A stretch of DNA of 64,000 bases from an uncultured Desulfobacteraceae bacterium. Its GTDB lineage: Bacteria; Desulfobacterota; Desulfobacteria; Desulfobacterales; JALSRD01. Each line of letters begins with the position of its first letter. Positions within the stretch are counted from its first letter, which is position 1. The translations under genes and the position numbers were made by a program. Below, piece by piece: positions 26,192 through 36,920 of this stretch. The DNA lies in assembly GCA_964476595.1 (NCBI GenBank), contig CAYZCL010000133.1:179-64178 (forward strand), read 5' to 3'. Below the pieces are notes generated by a model, which was not told where the DNA came from, made no database searches, and saw only the letters and a program-made list of their open reading frames with translations.

Positions 26192-26509
26192 TCAGGAGGC
26201 CTGTCTGGACAGCACCTCCTCGACCCAGCTCAGGGCGGCCATCATGTTGGGAAAACCGGTGGTGGTCAGCGAGAGCCGTACGGCGTGGGTGATCTCTTCG
26301 GCCGTGGCGCCGGCGGCCAGAGCCTTGCGCGTGTGGGACATAACCGCGCCGCGGGATCCGGCGCCCACGGCGATGCCCAGATTGATGAGTTCCTGGCTCT
26401 TGGGCGGCAGCGGTCCGCTCTCGCGGCAGATGCGGCCCAGCTCCTGGAAATTGCGGATGATCTCGGGGTGCTCTTCGGCGAATTGCTCATACAGCCTGGG
26501 AATGTGCAT
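26192..26509 (-). CDS. carboxymuconolactone decarboxylase (AhpD-like) family protein
   Basis: 105 aa from MHIPRLYEQF, with ..LINLGIAVGAG..HTRKALAAGATAEEITHAV... The usual CxxC is absent. Confidence 0.7.
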   Translation of the reverse strand: MHIPRLYEQFAEEHPEIIRNFQELGRICRESGPLPPKSQELINLGIAVGAGSRGAVMSHTRKALAAGATAEEITHAVRLSLTTTGFPNMMAALSWVEEVLSRQAS

Positions 26510-26562
26510 GGTCTTCGTCCTTTCGTTTGTCGCCGGCGGCCGGGAACCGCCGGATCGGTGTT

Positions 26563-27192
26563 TCACGGGGCCCTGTCGCCGATCATGAAAAGGCCGTAGG
26601 TGGCCAGCCAATTGGACAGAAAGCGTACCCGGCGGCCGCGGCGCTCGCGGGCGGGTGTGTTGACGGCCGTCTCGCGGATGATGTGCCCGCCGGTCTGGTG
26701 CACGAAGCGCCGGAAATCCTTGAGGGTGATCACACGGATGTTGGGCGTGTCGTGCCACTCGTAGGGCAGCTGGGGCGTCCGGGGGGCGTAACCGCCGAAC
26801 ATCAGCTGCAGGCGCACCTTCCAGTGGCTGAAGTTGGGAAAGCTGACGATGCCGTAGCGGCCGACCCGCAACAGTTCCCGGATCAGCCGTGCGGGCTGGT
26901 AAACCTGCTGCAGGGTCTGGCTCAGTACGACGTAGTCGAAAGTGGCGTCGGGGTAGTCCCCGATCTCCTCGTTGATATCGCCCTGCACCACGGACAGCCC
27001 CAGCTCGATGCAGTGCGCGGCCCGCGACTCGCGTTTCTCGATGCCGAAGCCTTCCACCTGTTTATGGTGCTTGAGATAGTAGAGCAGGTCGCCGCGGCCG
27101 CAGCCCAGGTCCAGCACTCGGGAGCGGGGCGTGATCCAGGAGGCGATGATGCCCAGGTCGAAACGCAGCTTTGATTCAGTGGATATCGTCAT
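26563..27192 (-). CDS. metW: methionine biosynthesis protein MetW
   Basis: 209 aa with VLDLGCGRGDLL and the downstream pattern typical of MetW. It overlaps the metX 3' end. Confidence 0.85.
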   Translation of the reverse strand: MTISTESKLRFDLGIIASWITPRSRVLDLGCGRGDLLYYLKHHKQVEGFGIEKRESRAAHCIELGLSVVQGDINEEIGDYPDATFDYVVLSQTLQQVYQPARLIRELLRVGRYGIVSFPNFSHWKVRLQLMFGGYAPRTPQLPYEWHDTPNIRVITLKDFRRFVHQTGGHIIRETAVNTPARERRGRRVRFLSNWLATYGLFMIGDRAP

Positions 27193-28345
27193 GGCAGCTT
27201 TTCAGAAACCCCTCCAGCAGGTGGGCCAGCCGTTCGTTGGGCAGCAGGAAGGCGTCGTGTCCCCACCGGGCCTCGATCTCGCAGAAACTCACGTCGCGGC
27301 CCGCCTTCTTCATGGCCTTGACCATCTCCCGGGACTGGTAGGTGGGATAGAGCCAGTCGGAGGTGAAGGAGACCACCAGGTAACGGGCGCGGGCGCGGGA
27401 GAAGGCCTGGGACAGGGACCCGCCGCCGTGCTGCAGGCCCAGGTCGAAGTAGTCGGCCGCCTTGGTGATGTAGAGAAAGGCGTTGGCGTCGAAGCGCTCG
27501 ACGAACTTGCGCCCCTGGTGGCGCAGGTAACTCTCCACCTGGAAATCGGCGTCGAAGTTGAAGGAGAAATCGCGCCGGTTCTGCAACCGCCGGCCGAACT
27601 TGCGGCGCATGGCCTCGTCGGAGAGGTAGGTGATGTGGCCGATCATGCGCGCCACGGCCAGGCCCAGGTCCGGCCGGCTCTCCGGTTCGTAACGCCCGCC
27701 GTTCCACTTTGGGTCGGCCATGATGGCCTGACGGCTGACCTCGTTGAAGGCAATGGCCAGCGCCGAGTGGCGGCAAGTGCTGGCCAGCGGTACGGCCGCG
27801 AAGACCCGCTCCGGGTAACGCACACTCCACTCCAGCACCTGCATACCGCCCAGCGATCCGCCGATGACCGCCAGCAGCCGATCGATGCCCAGGTGGTCCA
27901 CCAGGGCCCGCTGGGCGGCGACCATGTCCCCCACGGTGATTACCGGGAAATCCAGGGCGTAGGGCCTCCCGGTCCGCGGGTTGAACGACCCCGGTCCGGT
28001 GGAGCCCAGGCAGCTTCCGATGATGTTGGAGCAGATGACGAAGTAACGCCCGGTGTCGATGCCCTTGCCGGGGCCGATCATGATGTCCCACCACCCCGGC
28101 CGGGGGTCCCGGCGGTGGTAGTAGCCGGCCGCGTGACTGTCACCGGACAGGGCGTGGCAGATCAGCACGGCATTGTCGCGGGCCGCGTTGAGCCGGCCGT
28201 AGGTTTCGTAGGCCAGGGTCACCGGCCCGAGGCGTTCGCCGCTTTCCAGCACCATCTCGTCGGGCGGGTGGGCGAAGGTGAAAAATTTCTTCTCCACCAG
28301 CCCCACCGATACGCCCTGTGCGTCGTGTTCGATGTACTCGCTCAT
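27176..28345 (-). CDS. metX: homoserine O-acetyltransferase
   Basis: 389 aa with ..NAVLICHALSGDSHAAG.. and GGSLGGMQ (nucleophile elbow). Confidence 0.9.
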   Translation of the reverse strand: MSEYIEHDAQGVSVGLVEKKFFTFAHPPDEMVLESGERLGPVTLAYETYGRLNAARDNAVLICHALSGDSHAAGYYHRRDPRPGWWDIMIGPGKGIDTGRYFVICSNIIGSCLGSTGPGSFNPRTGRPYALDFPVITVGDMVAAQRALVDHLGIDRLLAVIGGSLGGMQVLEWSVRYPERVFAAVPLASTCRHSALAIAFNEVSRQAIMADPKWNGGRYEPESRPDLGLAVARMIGHITYLSDEAMRRKFGRRLQNRRDFSFNFDADFQVESYLRHQGRKFVERFDANAFLYITKAADYFDLGLQHGGGSLSQAFSRARARYLVVSFTSDWLYPTYQSREMVKAMKKAGRDVSFCEIEARWGHDAFLLPNERLAHLLEGFLKSCHDDIH

Positions 28346-28348
28346 GGT

Positions 28349-29632
<1,284 letters not shown>

Positions 29633-29794
29633 GGGAAAAAGTCTCCTTGTCCCTTGGGTAGTCTGTTTGCGCCCGCCGCCCGCCCGGGTCGCCGGAAGGC
29701 CCGGGACCGCCGCACGGCGGCGGGCCTCACCGCGCCACGGCGGCGGCCCGCTGGAGCGCACCGCCGGACGGGCGTGCCGGGCGGGGGACTGCCT

Positions 29795-30466
29795 CTAGGC
29801 GCCGGCCTTGAGCAGGGAAAGCCCGCGCGTCAGTTCCATCAGCACGCCCATGCCCTGTTTGACGGCCGGATCGCCCATGGCCCCCAGCAGGCCGAAAGCG
29901 CCCACGGGTCGGGCCCGCGACACGTCCACGCCGGCCGGTATTTCGGCGGCGCGCTCCAGCAGTTCCAGGGCCTCGGGGGTCGTCAGTTTCCGGACGATGC
30001 CCAGCAGGCGCACCAGGCCGTCGCCGATCTGCTGGATCTCGGCCGTCGAGTAGGTGGCAGCGATCTTCCTGAGCACGTCCACCATGACGCCCATCATGCG
30101 GAAAACGCCCTGCTGCTCCAGTTCGTCCAGGGCCATGATCAGCTGGGGCACCGACGACTTGAGCAGCGGCTCGGCGGTGAGCGCGAAGTCGATGAAGTTC
30201 TTGAGCTGATCCAGGGTGAAGTTGAGGTTGTTGATGTTGCGCAGCACCTTTTTCATCAGGTAGCTCAGGTCTTCGAGCTGAAAATCGGCCTCCACGTCCG
30301 CCAGCCCCACGATGAGGGCGTGCACGGCCTCGTTGACCCGCGGCGCCAGCTCCTCGCGCAGTTCCGAGACCGAGCGCGCGGATTCGGACAACGGCGTGAT
30401 CTTTTCCTCCAGGCGCGCGAGCCTTTCCAGGATCAAATCCTCCCGGCTGAGTTTTTCCTGTGTCAT
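29795..30466 (-). CDS. DUF1641-like protein
   Basis: 223 aa, helical. Its position directly downstream of an SQR-like flavoprotein and its C-terminal ..GAFGLLGAMGDPAVKQGMGVLMELTRGL.. fit DUF1641. Confidence 0.6.
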   Translation of the reverse strand: MTQEKLSREDLILERLARLEEKITPLSESARSVSELREELAPRVNEAVHALIVGLADVEADFQLEDLSYLMKKVLRNINNLNFTLDQLKNFIDFALTAEPLLKSSVPQLIMALDELEQQGVFRMMGVMVDVLRKIAATYSTAEIQQIGDGLVRLLGIVRKLTTPEALELLERAAEIPAGVDVSRARPVGAFGLLGAMGDPAVKQGMGVLMELTRGLSLLKAGA

Positions 30467-30481
30467 GATCCCACCTCCTTC

Positions 30482-31714
30482 CTAGGCCGTCTTGCGAATC
30501 TTGCCGGCGATGTTCATCTGGGGTTCCAGGGGCAGGTCGAGGCCCTTCATCATCAGGTTCCAGTAGACCCAGCGGAACATCATCTTCCCCCAGTGGTTGC
30601 TCAGGGACTCCTGCAGCAGGGAGAAGGGCCCCATGCCGGGAAAGGGAAACTTGCCGGGCAGCGGCTCCACCTCGTAGTTGAAGTCCAGCAGGATGGCCTT
30701 CTCGAAACCCGAGGCCAGAAAGCAGGTGGCGTGGCCGTCGAAAGTGGGCCTGGGCGCGTGGCCGTCGATTTCCCGAATCAGGTTCTCCACCACCGTATAG
30801 GCCATGTAGTGGGCCACCGAGCCCGCCTTGGAGGTCGGCACATTGGTGGTATCGCCGATGACGAAGATGCGCTCGTCGTTTTCGGCCTTGAGGGTGTGGT
30901 TGTCGGTGGGCACGAAGCCAACCGGATCGCTGACGCCCGAGTCGATCAGGACCTTGTCACCCATGTTGGGCGGGATGGACACCAGCAGGTCGTAGCCCAC
31001 CTTCTCGCCCTTGTGGGACTCGATGGTCTTCTCCCCGGCGTTGACCTGGGCCAGGTCGAAGTGCGGGGTCACCTTGATGTTCTTCTGCTCGGCCACGGCG
31101 GCCAGCGTCTTGGCGGCCACCGGTTTGGTGAACACGTTGTCCAGCGGTGTCACGAACTCGATCTCCACCTTGTCGCGCACGCCGTTGACGGTGAAGAACC
31201 AGTCGGCCATGAACACGAACTCCAGCGGGGCGATGGGGCACTTGTAAGGAATCTCGGCGATGTTGAGAACGATCTTTCCCGAACTGAAGTACTTCAACTG
31301 TTTATACAGCGCCAGGGAACCGTCCAGGGTGTAAAAATCGAATACTTCCTTACGCCAGCCGTCCATCATGCCGTCGATCTCCTCGGGGTGGATGTCGCAA
31401 CCCGTGGCGATCACCAGCCAGTCGTAGTCGTACTTTCCCTGCGAGGTCTCCACGCGGCGCTCCTTGCTGTCGATCCTGACGACGGTGTCGTGGACGAACT
31501 CCACTCCGCGCGGGATGAATTCCTTCTTGGGCTTGAGGACGTCGTCCCTGCCGTACACGCCGAAGGGAATGAAAAGATAGCCGGCCTGGTAGTGGTGCTG
31601 CTCCTCACGGTCGATGATCGTGATCTGCCACTCGCTGTCGGCGAGTTCCTTGCGCAGCATGTTGGCGACGATGGTGCCGCCGGCGCCCGATCCCAGAATC
31701 AAGATTCTTCTCAT
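30482..31714 (-). CDS. NAD(P)/FAD-dependent oxidoreductase, sulfide:quinone oxidoreductase-like
   Basis: Start is MRRILILGSGAGGTIVAN (GxGxxG), 410 aa, with ..IFVIGDTTNVPTSKAGSVAH... Confidence 0.85.
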   Translation of the reverse strand: MRRILILGSGAGGTIVANMLRKELADSEWQITIIDREEQHHYQAGYLFIPFGVYGRDDVLKPKKEFIPRGVEFVHDTVVRIDSKERRVETSQGKYDYDWLVIATGCDIHPEEIDGMMDGWRKEVFDFYTLDGSLALYKQLKYFSSGKIVLNIAEIPYKCPIAPLEFVFMADWFFTVNGVRDKVEIEFVTPLDNVFTKPVAAKTLAAVAEQKNIKVTPHFDLAQVNAGEKTIESHKGEKVGYDLLVSIPPNMGDKVLIDSGVSDPVGFVPTDNHTLKAENDERIFVIGDTTNVPTSKAGSVAHYMAYTVVENLIREIDGHAPRPTFDGHATCFLASGFEKAILLDFNYEVEPLPGKFPFPGMGPFSLLQESLSNHWGKMMFRWVYWNLMMKGLDLPLEPQMNIAGKIRKTA

Positions 31715-31870
31715 GGCATCTACCTCCCCTTTACTGTGGTTTTTGTCAGTGTGAGCCCGACCCGTGACAGCCTTCACGGATCGGGCGGGTGAACGTGTGC
31801 CTGTGACAGGCGGCAAAACGGCGGAAGCGTTGAACGGCCGTTCTCGAGCTCCAGGGGGTGACCGGAAAAG

Positions 31871-32902
31871 CTACATTCCCTTGCCAAAGGGACAACGGGG
31901 GTAGGTACACTGCGGACATTCCATGCACAGGCCGCCGTGGCCCATGAAGGCCAGTTCCTTCCGCCCCACGTGGCGGCCGGCTAGGATGCGGGGCAGCACC
32001 AGGTCCAGTACTGTCACATGGTGGTACAGCCCACAGGCCGGCACGCCCAGCGCCGGGACGTCGCCGATGTAGGCCACCAGGAACATGGCCCCGGGAAGCA
32101 CGGCGGCGCCGTAGTGCATCTCGTCGGCCCCGGCTTCGCGCACGGCCCGGCGCGTGACGTCGTCGGGGTCCACACTCATGCCGCCGGAAAGCAAGAGCAG
32201 GTCACAGCCGTTTTCGAGGTGCCGGCCGATGGCCCGGCGGATGGCGTCGGCATCGTCGGGGGCCAGGATCACGCCGCCCACCTCGGACCCCAGGTCCCGC
32301 ACCTTGGTGCGCAGCACCGGTTCGAAGCGGTCCTCGATCAGGCCGTGGTAGACCTCGTTGCCGGTGATGACCAGCCCCACGCGCGCCTTTCGCAGCCGGT
32401 GCACCGCGAAAACGCCGCCGGACCCGGCCGCGATGGCCGCCGCCCGCTCCACCGGCGCCCGTTTCATGACCAGGGGCACGGCCCGCGTGGCGGCCACGCG
32501 GTCGCCCTTTTTGACCAGCGTGTTGTCGTGCAGCGAGGCGCACATGACCTCGTCGATCATGTTGAAGGCCGCCAGCGAGGCGGCGTTGACGCTCAGCAGC
32601 CCGTCGCGGCCCGCCATCAGGCTGATCTTGCCCTCGCGCGGATCGTCGTCCCACACGATGCCCTCGCCGGCCAGCGCCGCCGCCAGCATGGAAGCTGCCT
32701 GGTTTTCGTGGATCTCGTCTTCCTCCAGGTCGATGAGGTACAGGTGGTTCTTGCCCATCTTCTGCAGGCGGCAGATATCCTCGTCGCACACCGTGTGCCC
32801 TTTGCGGAAAGCCGGCCCCTTGAATTCGCCCGGACGGATCTCGGTGAGATCGTGGGTGAGCTTGCGGCCCACGGCATCTCTCAGGTCGATTTTCTTCAGC
32901 AC
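31871..32902 (-). CDS. molybdopterin-binding (MoCF_biosynth domain) protein with C-terminal Cys cluster
   Basis: 343 aa, GTG start. It has ..VGLVITGNEV..LLLLSGGMSVDPDD.. (MogA/MoaB-type fold) and ends in CMECPQCTYPRCPFGKG. Confidence 0.75.
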   Translation of the reverse strand: MLKKIDLRDAVGRKLTHDLTEIRPGEFKGPAFRKGHTVCDEDICRLQKMGKNHLYLIDLEEDEIHENQAASMLAAALAGEGIVWDDDPREGKISLMAGRDGLLSVNAASLAAFNMIDEVMCASLHDNTLVKKGDRVAATRAVPLVMKRAPVERAAAIAAGSGGVFAVHRLRKARVGLVITGNEVYHGLIEDRFEPVLRTKVRDLGSEVGGVILAPDDADAIRRAIGRHLENGCDLLLLSGGMSVDPDDVTRRAVREAGADEMHYGAAVLPGAMFLVAYIGDVPALGVPACGLYHHVTVLDLVLPRILAGRHVGRKELAFMGHGGLCMECPQCTYPRCPFGKGM

Positions 32903-32929
32903 AACCGATCCCTCTCTGCTTGAAATTGT

Positions 32930-33571
32930 TCAGGCAACCCGCCGGCCGGCGTCAGGCGCCCAGTCCATGCCCGGCCAGCTGACTTCGCGGGCATCGCTGA
33001 AGTAGGCGCCGCCGGCGCAGGGCGTGCACAGCACCTCGCCGTTGCGGCGGAGCTCCCGGCGGTCTCGGATTACCTGGCCGCAGCGGCTGCAGACCGCCTT
33101 GAAGCGGGTGGGTCCGGGACGGTCCCAGGCGTCGAGCCGGACCCGCACGCGCTGCACCCGAAAGAGCACGCTGTCGGGCATGCGCCGGTAGGCCTCCATC
33201 TGGCGGGCGACCGCATCCTCCTGCTCCGGAGCGTAAACCTCGGTCAGGTCGCGGGCCTCCTCGGTGGACAGCACGCGGTAGGCGGCGCAGCTCTCCAGAT
33301 TCAGAAAGGTGGCCGCCATGATACCGTAGTCGACAAACTTGAGGCTGCGGCGCCCCAGCTTGACACCGGTCACGAAGGCTACCGCGTCGGCCGTGCAGCG
33401 GTCCATTTCCACGTAGACGATGAGTTTCTTGATCTGGTCGCGGCGCGTGGGTTCTTCCAAGCCGATCAGGCGGCACCCCAGCATGGCCATGCGCACACCC
33501 ACCACCTGTCCCGGACACAGGTGCCCATGGGCGTCCGCCGATCCGTTCAGCAGGGTTTCGAAATCTTGCAT
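32930..33571 (-). CDS. FmdE-family protein with C-terminal zinc ribbon
   Basis: 213 aa with ..AHGHLCPGQVVGVRMA.., ..DRCTADAV.. and CSRCGQ..(14)..CTPC. Confidence 0.8.
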   Translation of the reverse strand: MQDFETLLNGSADAHGHLCPGQVVGVRMAMLGCRLIGLEEPTRRDQIKKLIVYVEMDRCTADAVAFVTGVKLGRRSLKFVDYGIMAATFLNLESCAAYRVLSTEEARDLTEVYAPEQEDAVARQMEAYRRMPDSVLFRVQRVRVRLDAWDRPGPTRFKAVCSRCGQVIRDRRELRRNGEVLCTPCAGGAYFSDAREVSWPGMDWAPDAGRRVA

Positions 33572-33580
33572 TTGGCTGCC

Positions 33581-33600
33581 TTATGTTATATTTAACATAA
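33581..33600. promoter_or_regulatory. AT-rich inverted repeat in the divergent fmdE / modE-like intergenic region
   Basis: TTATGTTA-TATT-TAACATAA has 8-bp perfect arms. Confidence 0.4.
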
Positions 33601-33666
33601 CTACTTAGTGGTACCATACTTTAATGTAAATGTCTTGTAAAATTTTCCGCCTGCGAAGGAGTCGCC

Positions 33667-33996
33667 ATGCCTTCCCTGAAACTCCGGTCCAGCCAGTGGA
33701 TCGTCGACGAACAAGGCCGCACCATCATCGGCAAGGGCCGTATGGAAATCCTGGAACACATCGAAAAGACGGGATCCATCAACCAGGCGGCCAAACGTAT
33801 GAAAATGTCCTACAAGGCCGTGTGGAGCAAGATCAAGGCCTCCGAAAAGCACTTCGGGACCACCCTCGTACACACCGACCGCTGCAAAGGTTCCCACCTG
33901 TCACCGGAAGGCCGGGCGCTGGTGGAAAAATTCAAACGCCTCCAGCAGCGCTGCCGCCGGGCGGACGACGACATCTTCGCGGAAATTTTCGAATGA
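33667..33996 (+). CDS. ModE N-terminal-like winged-helix regulator (no Mop domains)
   Basis: 109 aa with ..[39 protein letters not shown].., matching the ModE/LysR-type HTH. Confidence 0.75.
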   Translation: MPSLKLRSSQWIVDEQGRTIIGKGRMEILEHIEKTGSINQAAKRMKMSYKAVWSKIKASEKHFGTTLVHTDRCKGSHLSPEGRALVEKFKRLQQRCRRADDDIFAEIFE

Positions 33997-34097
33997 CGGG
34001 CTCCGCTTGCGTCCCGTTCTGCACCCGCCGAACAAACCGCTGCGCACCGAAAACCGCCCTCCCGGCCGATTTATTGTTTTTTGGTGTAGATTGCCGG

Positions 34098-34126
34098 TTG
34101 ACAGCGGATCTTTAAATAACTATATA
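34098..34126 (+). promoter_or_regulatory. sigma-70-like promoter with TATATAACGAT half-site
   Basis: TTGACA (34098-103), a 17-nt spacer, then TATATA (34121-26). The -10 is embedded in CTATATAACGAT, which resembles a ModE-type half operator. Confidence 0.4.
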
Positions 34127-34231
34127 ACGATTTGGCAATACAAAGACGGCTCTGCACCGCCTGCATACGAAACCGGACCTCCGGAGAGGTCTGTGTGGAA
34201 TTCACTCATTGTCCGACGGGAGGGTATCGAT

Positions 34232-34843
34232 ATGGACGCAAAACTGGAACAGATCTTCGAGACGGGACTCAAATTTCACGGGCACAAATGTCCGGCCATG
34301 CCCATGGGCCTGCGGGCGGGGCTGGCCGCCATGCGCACCCTGGGCGTGGCGCGTGCCCGGGACAAGGAACTGACCCTGATTTCGGAAACCGGCAGGGGAC
34401 ACGCGGCGGGCTGCTTTCTCGACGGCCTGATGATGGCCACAGGGTGCACCTACGGCAAGTCCAACGCCGAAAAACGCTACTACAACAAGATGGCCTTCAC
34501 CCTCATCGACAACCAACGCGGAAAGGCCGTGCGGGTGTCGCTCAAGCCCGATTTTTTCCGGATGGCGCTGGACTCGCCCTTCGTGCAGCAGCGCAAGGCC
34601 GGGGTGCCGCCCCAGGACGTCCCGGCGGAGGTCACCGATCCGTTGGTCGATCGTATCCTCAACCTGCCCGAGGAGCAGTTCCTGGACATCGGTGAAGTAC
34701 ACACGGTGGAAGTCCGCAGGGGCAGGGGGATCTTCGAGGCCAGGCCCTGCGCGAAGTGCGGTGAACTGACCTTCGTCAACAAGCTGCGCGCCACCGAAGA
34801 CGGCAATCTGGTCTGCATTCCCTGTTCGGGATACGAGGAATAA
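34232..34843 (+). CDS. FmdE-family protein with C-terminal zinc ribbon (paralog)
   Basis: 203 aa from the ATG at 34232, with ..[16 protein letters not shown].., ..GCFLDG.. and CAKCGE..(17)..CIPC. Confidence 0.8.
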   Translation: MDAKLEQIFETGLKFHGHKCPAMPMGLRAGLAAMRTLGVARARDKELTLISETGRGHAAGCFLDGLMMATGCTYGKSNAEKRYYNKMAFTLIDNQRGKAVRVSLKPDFFRMALDSPFVQQRKAGVPPQDVPAEVTDPLVDRILNLPEEQFLDIGEVHTVEVRRGRGIFEARPCAKCGELTFVNKLRATEDGNLVCIPCSGYEE

Positions 34844-34909
34844 TCTTCCCCCCTCATTCAACATGACCCCGGTGTTTTCCACCGGGGTCGACAACAGGGA
34901 GTTGAGACC

Positions 34910-35662
34910 ATGATGCTTGCAATCACCACCGGTGTCATCCTGGTGCTGTCCTTCATCTTCTCCATGCTGGGCCTGGGCGGCGCCATGCTCTATATTCCCG
35001 TGTTCAACTGGTTCGGCTATGACTTCAAAAGCGTGGCCATCCCCACCGGCCTGCTCCTGAACGGCATCACGGTGGTGTCGGCCGCCATCGTCTACTACCG
35101 TTCCAAAATGATCGACATCCGGGGCTCCATCCCGCTGGTCATCTCCTCTTTCATCGGGGCGCCGGTGGGGGCCTACCTGACCGAATTTCTGCCTACACGC
35201 ACCCTGATCCTGCTGTTTGCCCTGTGCATGATCTTTGCCGGCGGCCGCATGCTGCTCAGCTCTACCCAGCCGGACAAGGACACCATGATGGCCTTGAAAA
35301 CACGCGTCCTGCTGATGGCCGTCGGCGGCTTTTTCATCGGCATGATCGCCGGGCTGCTGGGCGTCGGCGGAGGATTCCTGTTCGTACCGCTGATGCTGGC
35401 CATGGGCTATCCCACCAAGAAGGCGGCCGCCACCAGCGCCTTCGTGGTGATTTTTTCCTCCTTTTCGGGCTTCGCCGGCCACCTCGCCGAAGGCCACTTC
35501 AACTGGCCGCTGATGATCGCCACCAGCATCGCCGTCATCATCGGCGCCCAGGTCGGGGCCCACGTGATGAAGGAGAAGATGAAGGCCAGGTGGATCAAGC
35601 AGATGTTCGCGGTGGTCCTGCTGGGCGTGGCGGTCAAGCTGCTGCTCAAGCTCTACCTGTAG
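34910..35662 (+). CDS. TauE/SafE (DUF81) family anion exporter
   Basis: 250 aa, 7-8 TM, with duplicated halves carrying ..LGLGGAMLYIP.. and ..LGVGGGFLFVP... Confidence 0.85.
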   Translation: MMLAITTGVILVLSFIFSMLGLGGAMLYIPVFNWFGYDFKSVAIPTGLLLNGITVVSAAIVYYRSKMIDIRGSIPLVISSFIGAPVGAYLTEFLPTRTLILLFALCMIFAGGRMLLSSTQPDKDTMMALKTRVLLMAVGGFFIGMIAGLLGVGGGFLFVPLMLAMGYPTKKAAATSAFVVIFSSFSGFAGHLAEGHFNWPLMIATSIAVIIGAQVGAHVMKEKMKARWIKQMFAVVLLGVAVKLLLKLYL

Positions 35663-35846
35663 CACGGCGCGAGGGCCCGCCGGCGGCCTGCAGGGCGATC
35701 GCGGGCGGCGCTTGTTTTCAACCGGAAGGCATTGCCGTCGGCTGCCCCCCGGTGCGGGCAGCCATCGTCTGCGCTCCGCGAGCCCAGCGGCGCTTGACAA
35801 TCGCCGCTGGGCGCAGCATGTTGATGCCCGAAGGAGAAACGTGCCC

Positions 35847-36347
35847 ATGCGACGTCGAAACGCCCACAGCCTGCGCCCGGCCACGTGGCAGGCCCCGCTC
35901 ATCGTGCTGATCGCCGCGGTGGCCGCCCTGACCGTCAATGCACTGCGGAGCCAGGGCCGCCTGCCGCTGACGTCCGCCCGCCCGCCGGCGGCCGGAGACG
36001 ACCTGCGGATATCCCTGGACCAGGCGCGGGAACTGTTCCGGCGGGGGACCGCCATCTTCGTGGACGCCCGCCCCCGACGGGATTACCTGCAGGGACACAT
36101 CCGCGGGGCGCTCAGCCTGCCCTGGCAGGAAGTCGACGAGCGCATCGCCGACGTCGCCGACCGGCTGACGGACGAGCGCGTCATCATCACCTACTGCGAC
36201 GGCGAGCGCTGCACCCTGAGCCACCACCTGGCCCGCTATCTCGTGGACATGGGCTACCCCCGGGTGCGGGTGCTTGCGAACGGCTGGACGCGCTGGCGGC
36301 AAAGCGGGCTGCCGGTGGCGCGCGGTGCGGGGGAGGCGCGGGAGTGA
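35847..36347 (+). CDS. membrane-anchored rhodanese-domain protein
   Basis: 166 aa with an N-terminal TM, then ..AIFVDARPRRDYLQGHIRGALSLP..IITYCDGERCTLS.. (active-site Cys loop). Confidence 0.75.
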   Translation: MRRRNAHSLRPATWQAPLIVLIAAVAALTVNALRSQGRLPLTSARPPAAGDDLRISLDQARELFRRGTAIFVDARPRRDYLQGHIRGALSLPWQEVDERIADVADRLTDERVIITYCDGERCTLSHHLARYLVDMGYPRVRVLANGWTRWRQSGLPVARGAGEARE

Positions 36348-36850
36348 AAAGGGCTTCCCGAAGCGCAGCGGGCCGTCTCCGCACCGGGCGTCCTGCCCGC
36401 CTGTTCTACCACGTCGTACGCCTGGCGCTGGGAGCGGTCTTCATCTACGCCAGCATCGACAAGATCCGCCACCCGGCGGCCTTCGCCGAGGCCATCGCCA
36501 ACTACCGCATCCTGCCGGACGTGCTGGTCAATCCCACGGCCCTGGTGCTGCCCTGGCTGGAACTGGTCATCGGCGCCCTGCTGGTATGCGGCACCTGGAT
36601 GCCGGGGGCCGTGGTGCTGGCCGCAGGACTGCTGACGGCCTTCGAGGGCGCCTTCATCTTCAACATCCTGCGCGGGCTCAACGTCTATTGCGGGTGTTTC
36701 GCCACCAGCGGGGAGGTACTGCACGGCAACGCCTGGTACCTGGCCCGCGACACGTTCTTTCTGGCCGCCGCGCTCTACCTGCTGGCGGCGCTGCCGCGTT
36801 TCACGGAAGGCGGTCGTCGGAAAAAACCGCCGCAATCTCCCCGCGCGTGA
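36344..36850 (+). CDS. MauE/DoxX-family membrane protein
   Basis: 168 aa from the GTG at 36344 (GTGA overlap with the rhodanese stop). It has 4 TM and ..VYCGCF... Confidence 0.7.
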   Translation: MKRASRSAAGRLRTGRPARLFYHVVRLALGAVFIYASIDKIRHPAAFAEAIANYRILPDVLVNPTALVLPWLELVIGALLVCGTWMPGAVVLAAGLLTAFEGAFIFNILRGLNVYCGCFATSGEVLHGNAWYLARDTFFLAAALYLLAALPRFTEGGRRKKPPQSPRA

Positions 36851-36920
36851 GGCCCGGCGGGACGGACGCAGGGCCCGCCATCTTCGTTGTTCAGGGGCCG
36901 ACCGACCCCGAGGAGCAGCC

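Noticed and set aside
29633-29794. SAM riboswitch upstream of metY.
   Set aside because: The region is G+C-rich with hairpins, but I could not find SAM-I, SAM-II or SAM-SAH core sequences. It more likely holds the terminator of the upstream DUF1641 operon plus a promoter. An Rfam scan would settle it.
33997-34231. Moco/Tuco riboswitch in front of the second fmdE.
   Set aside because: Only a short GACCUC-CGGA-GAGGUC hairpin is present. The conserved Moco motif elements were not recognised, and protein-based (ModE-like) control seems more likely.
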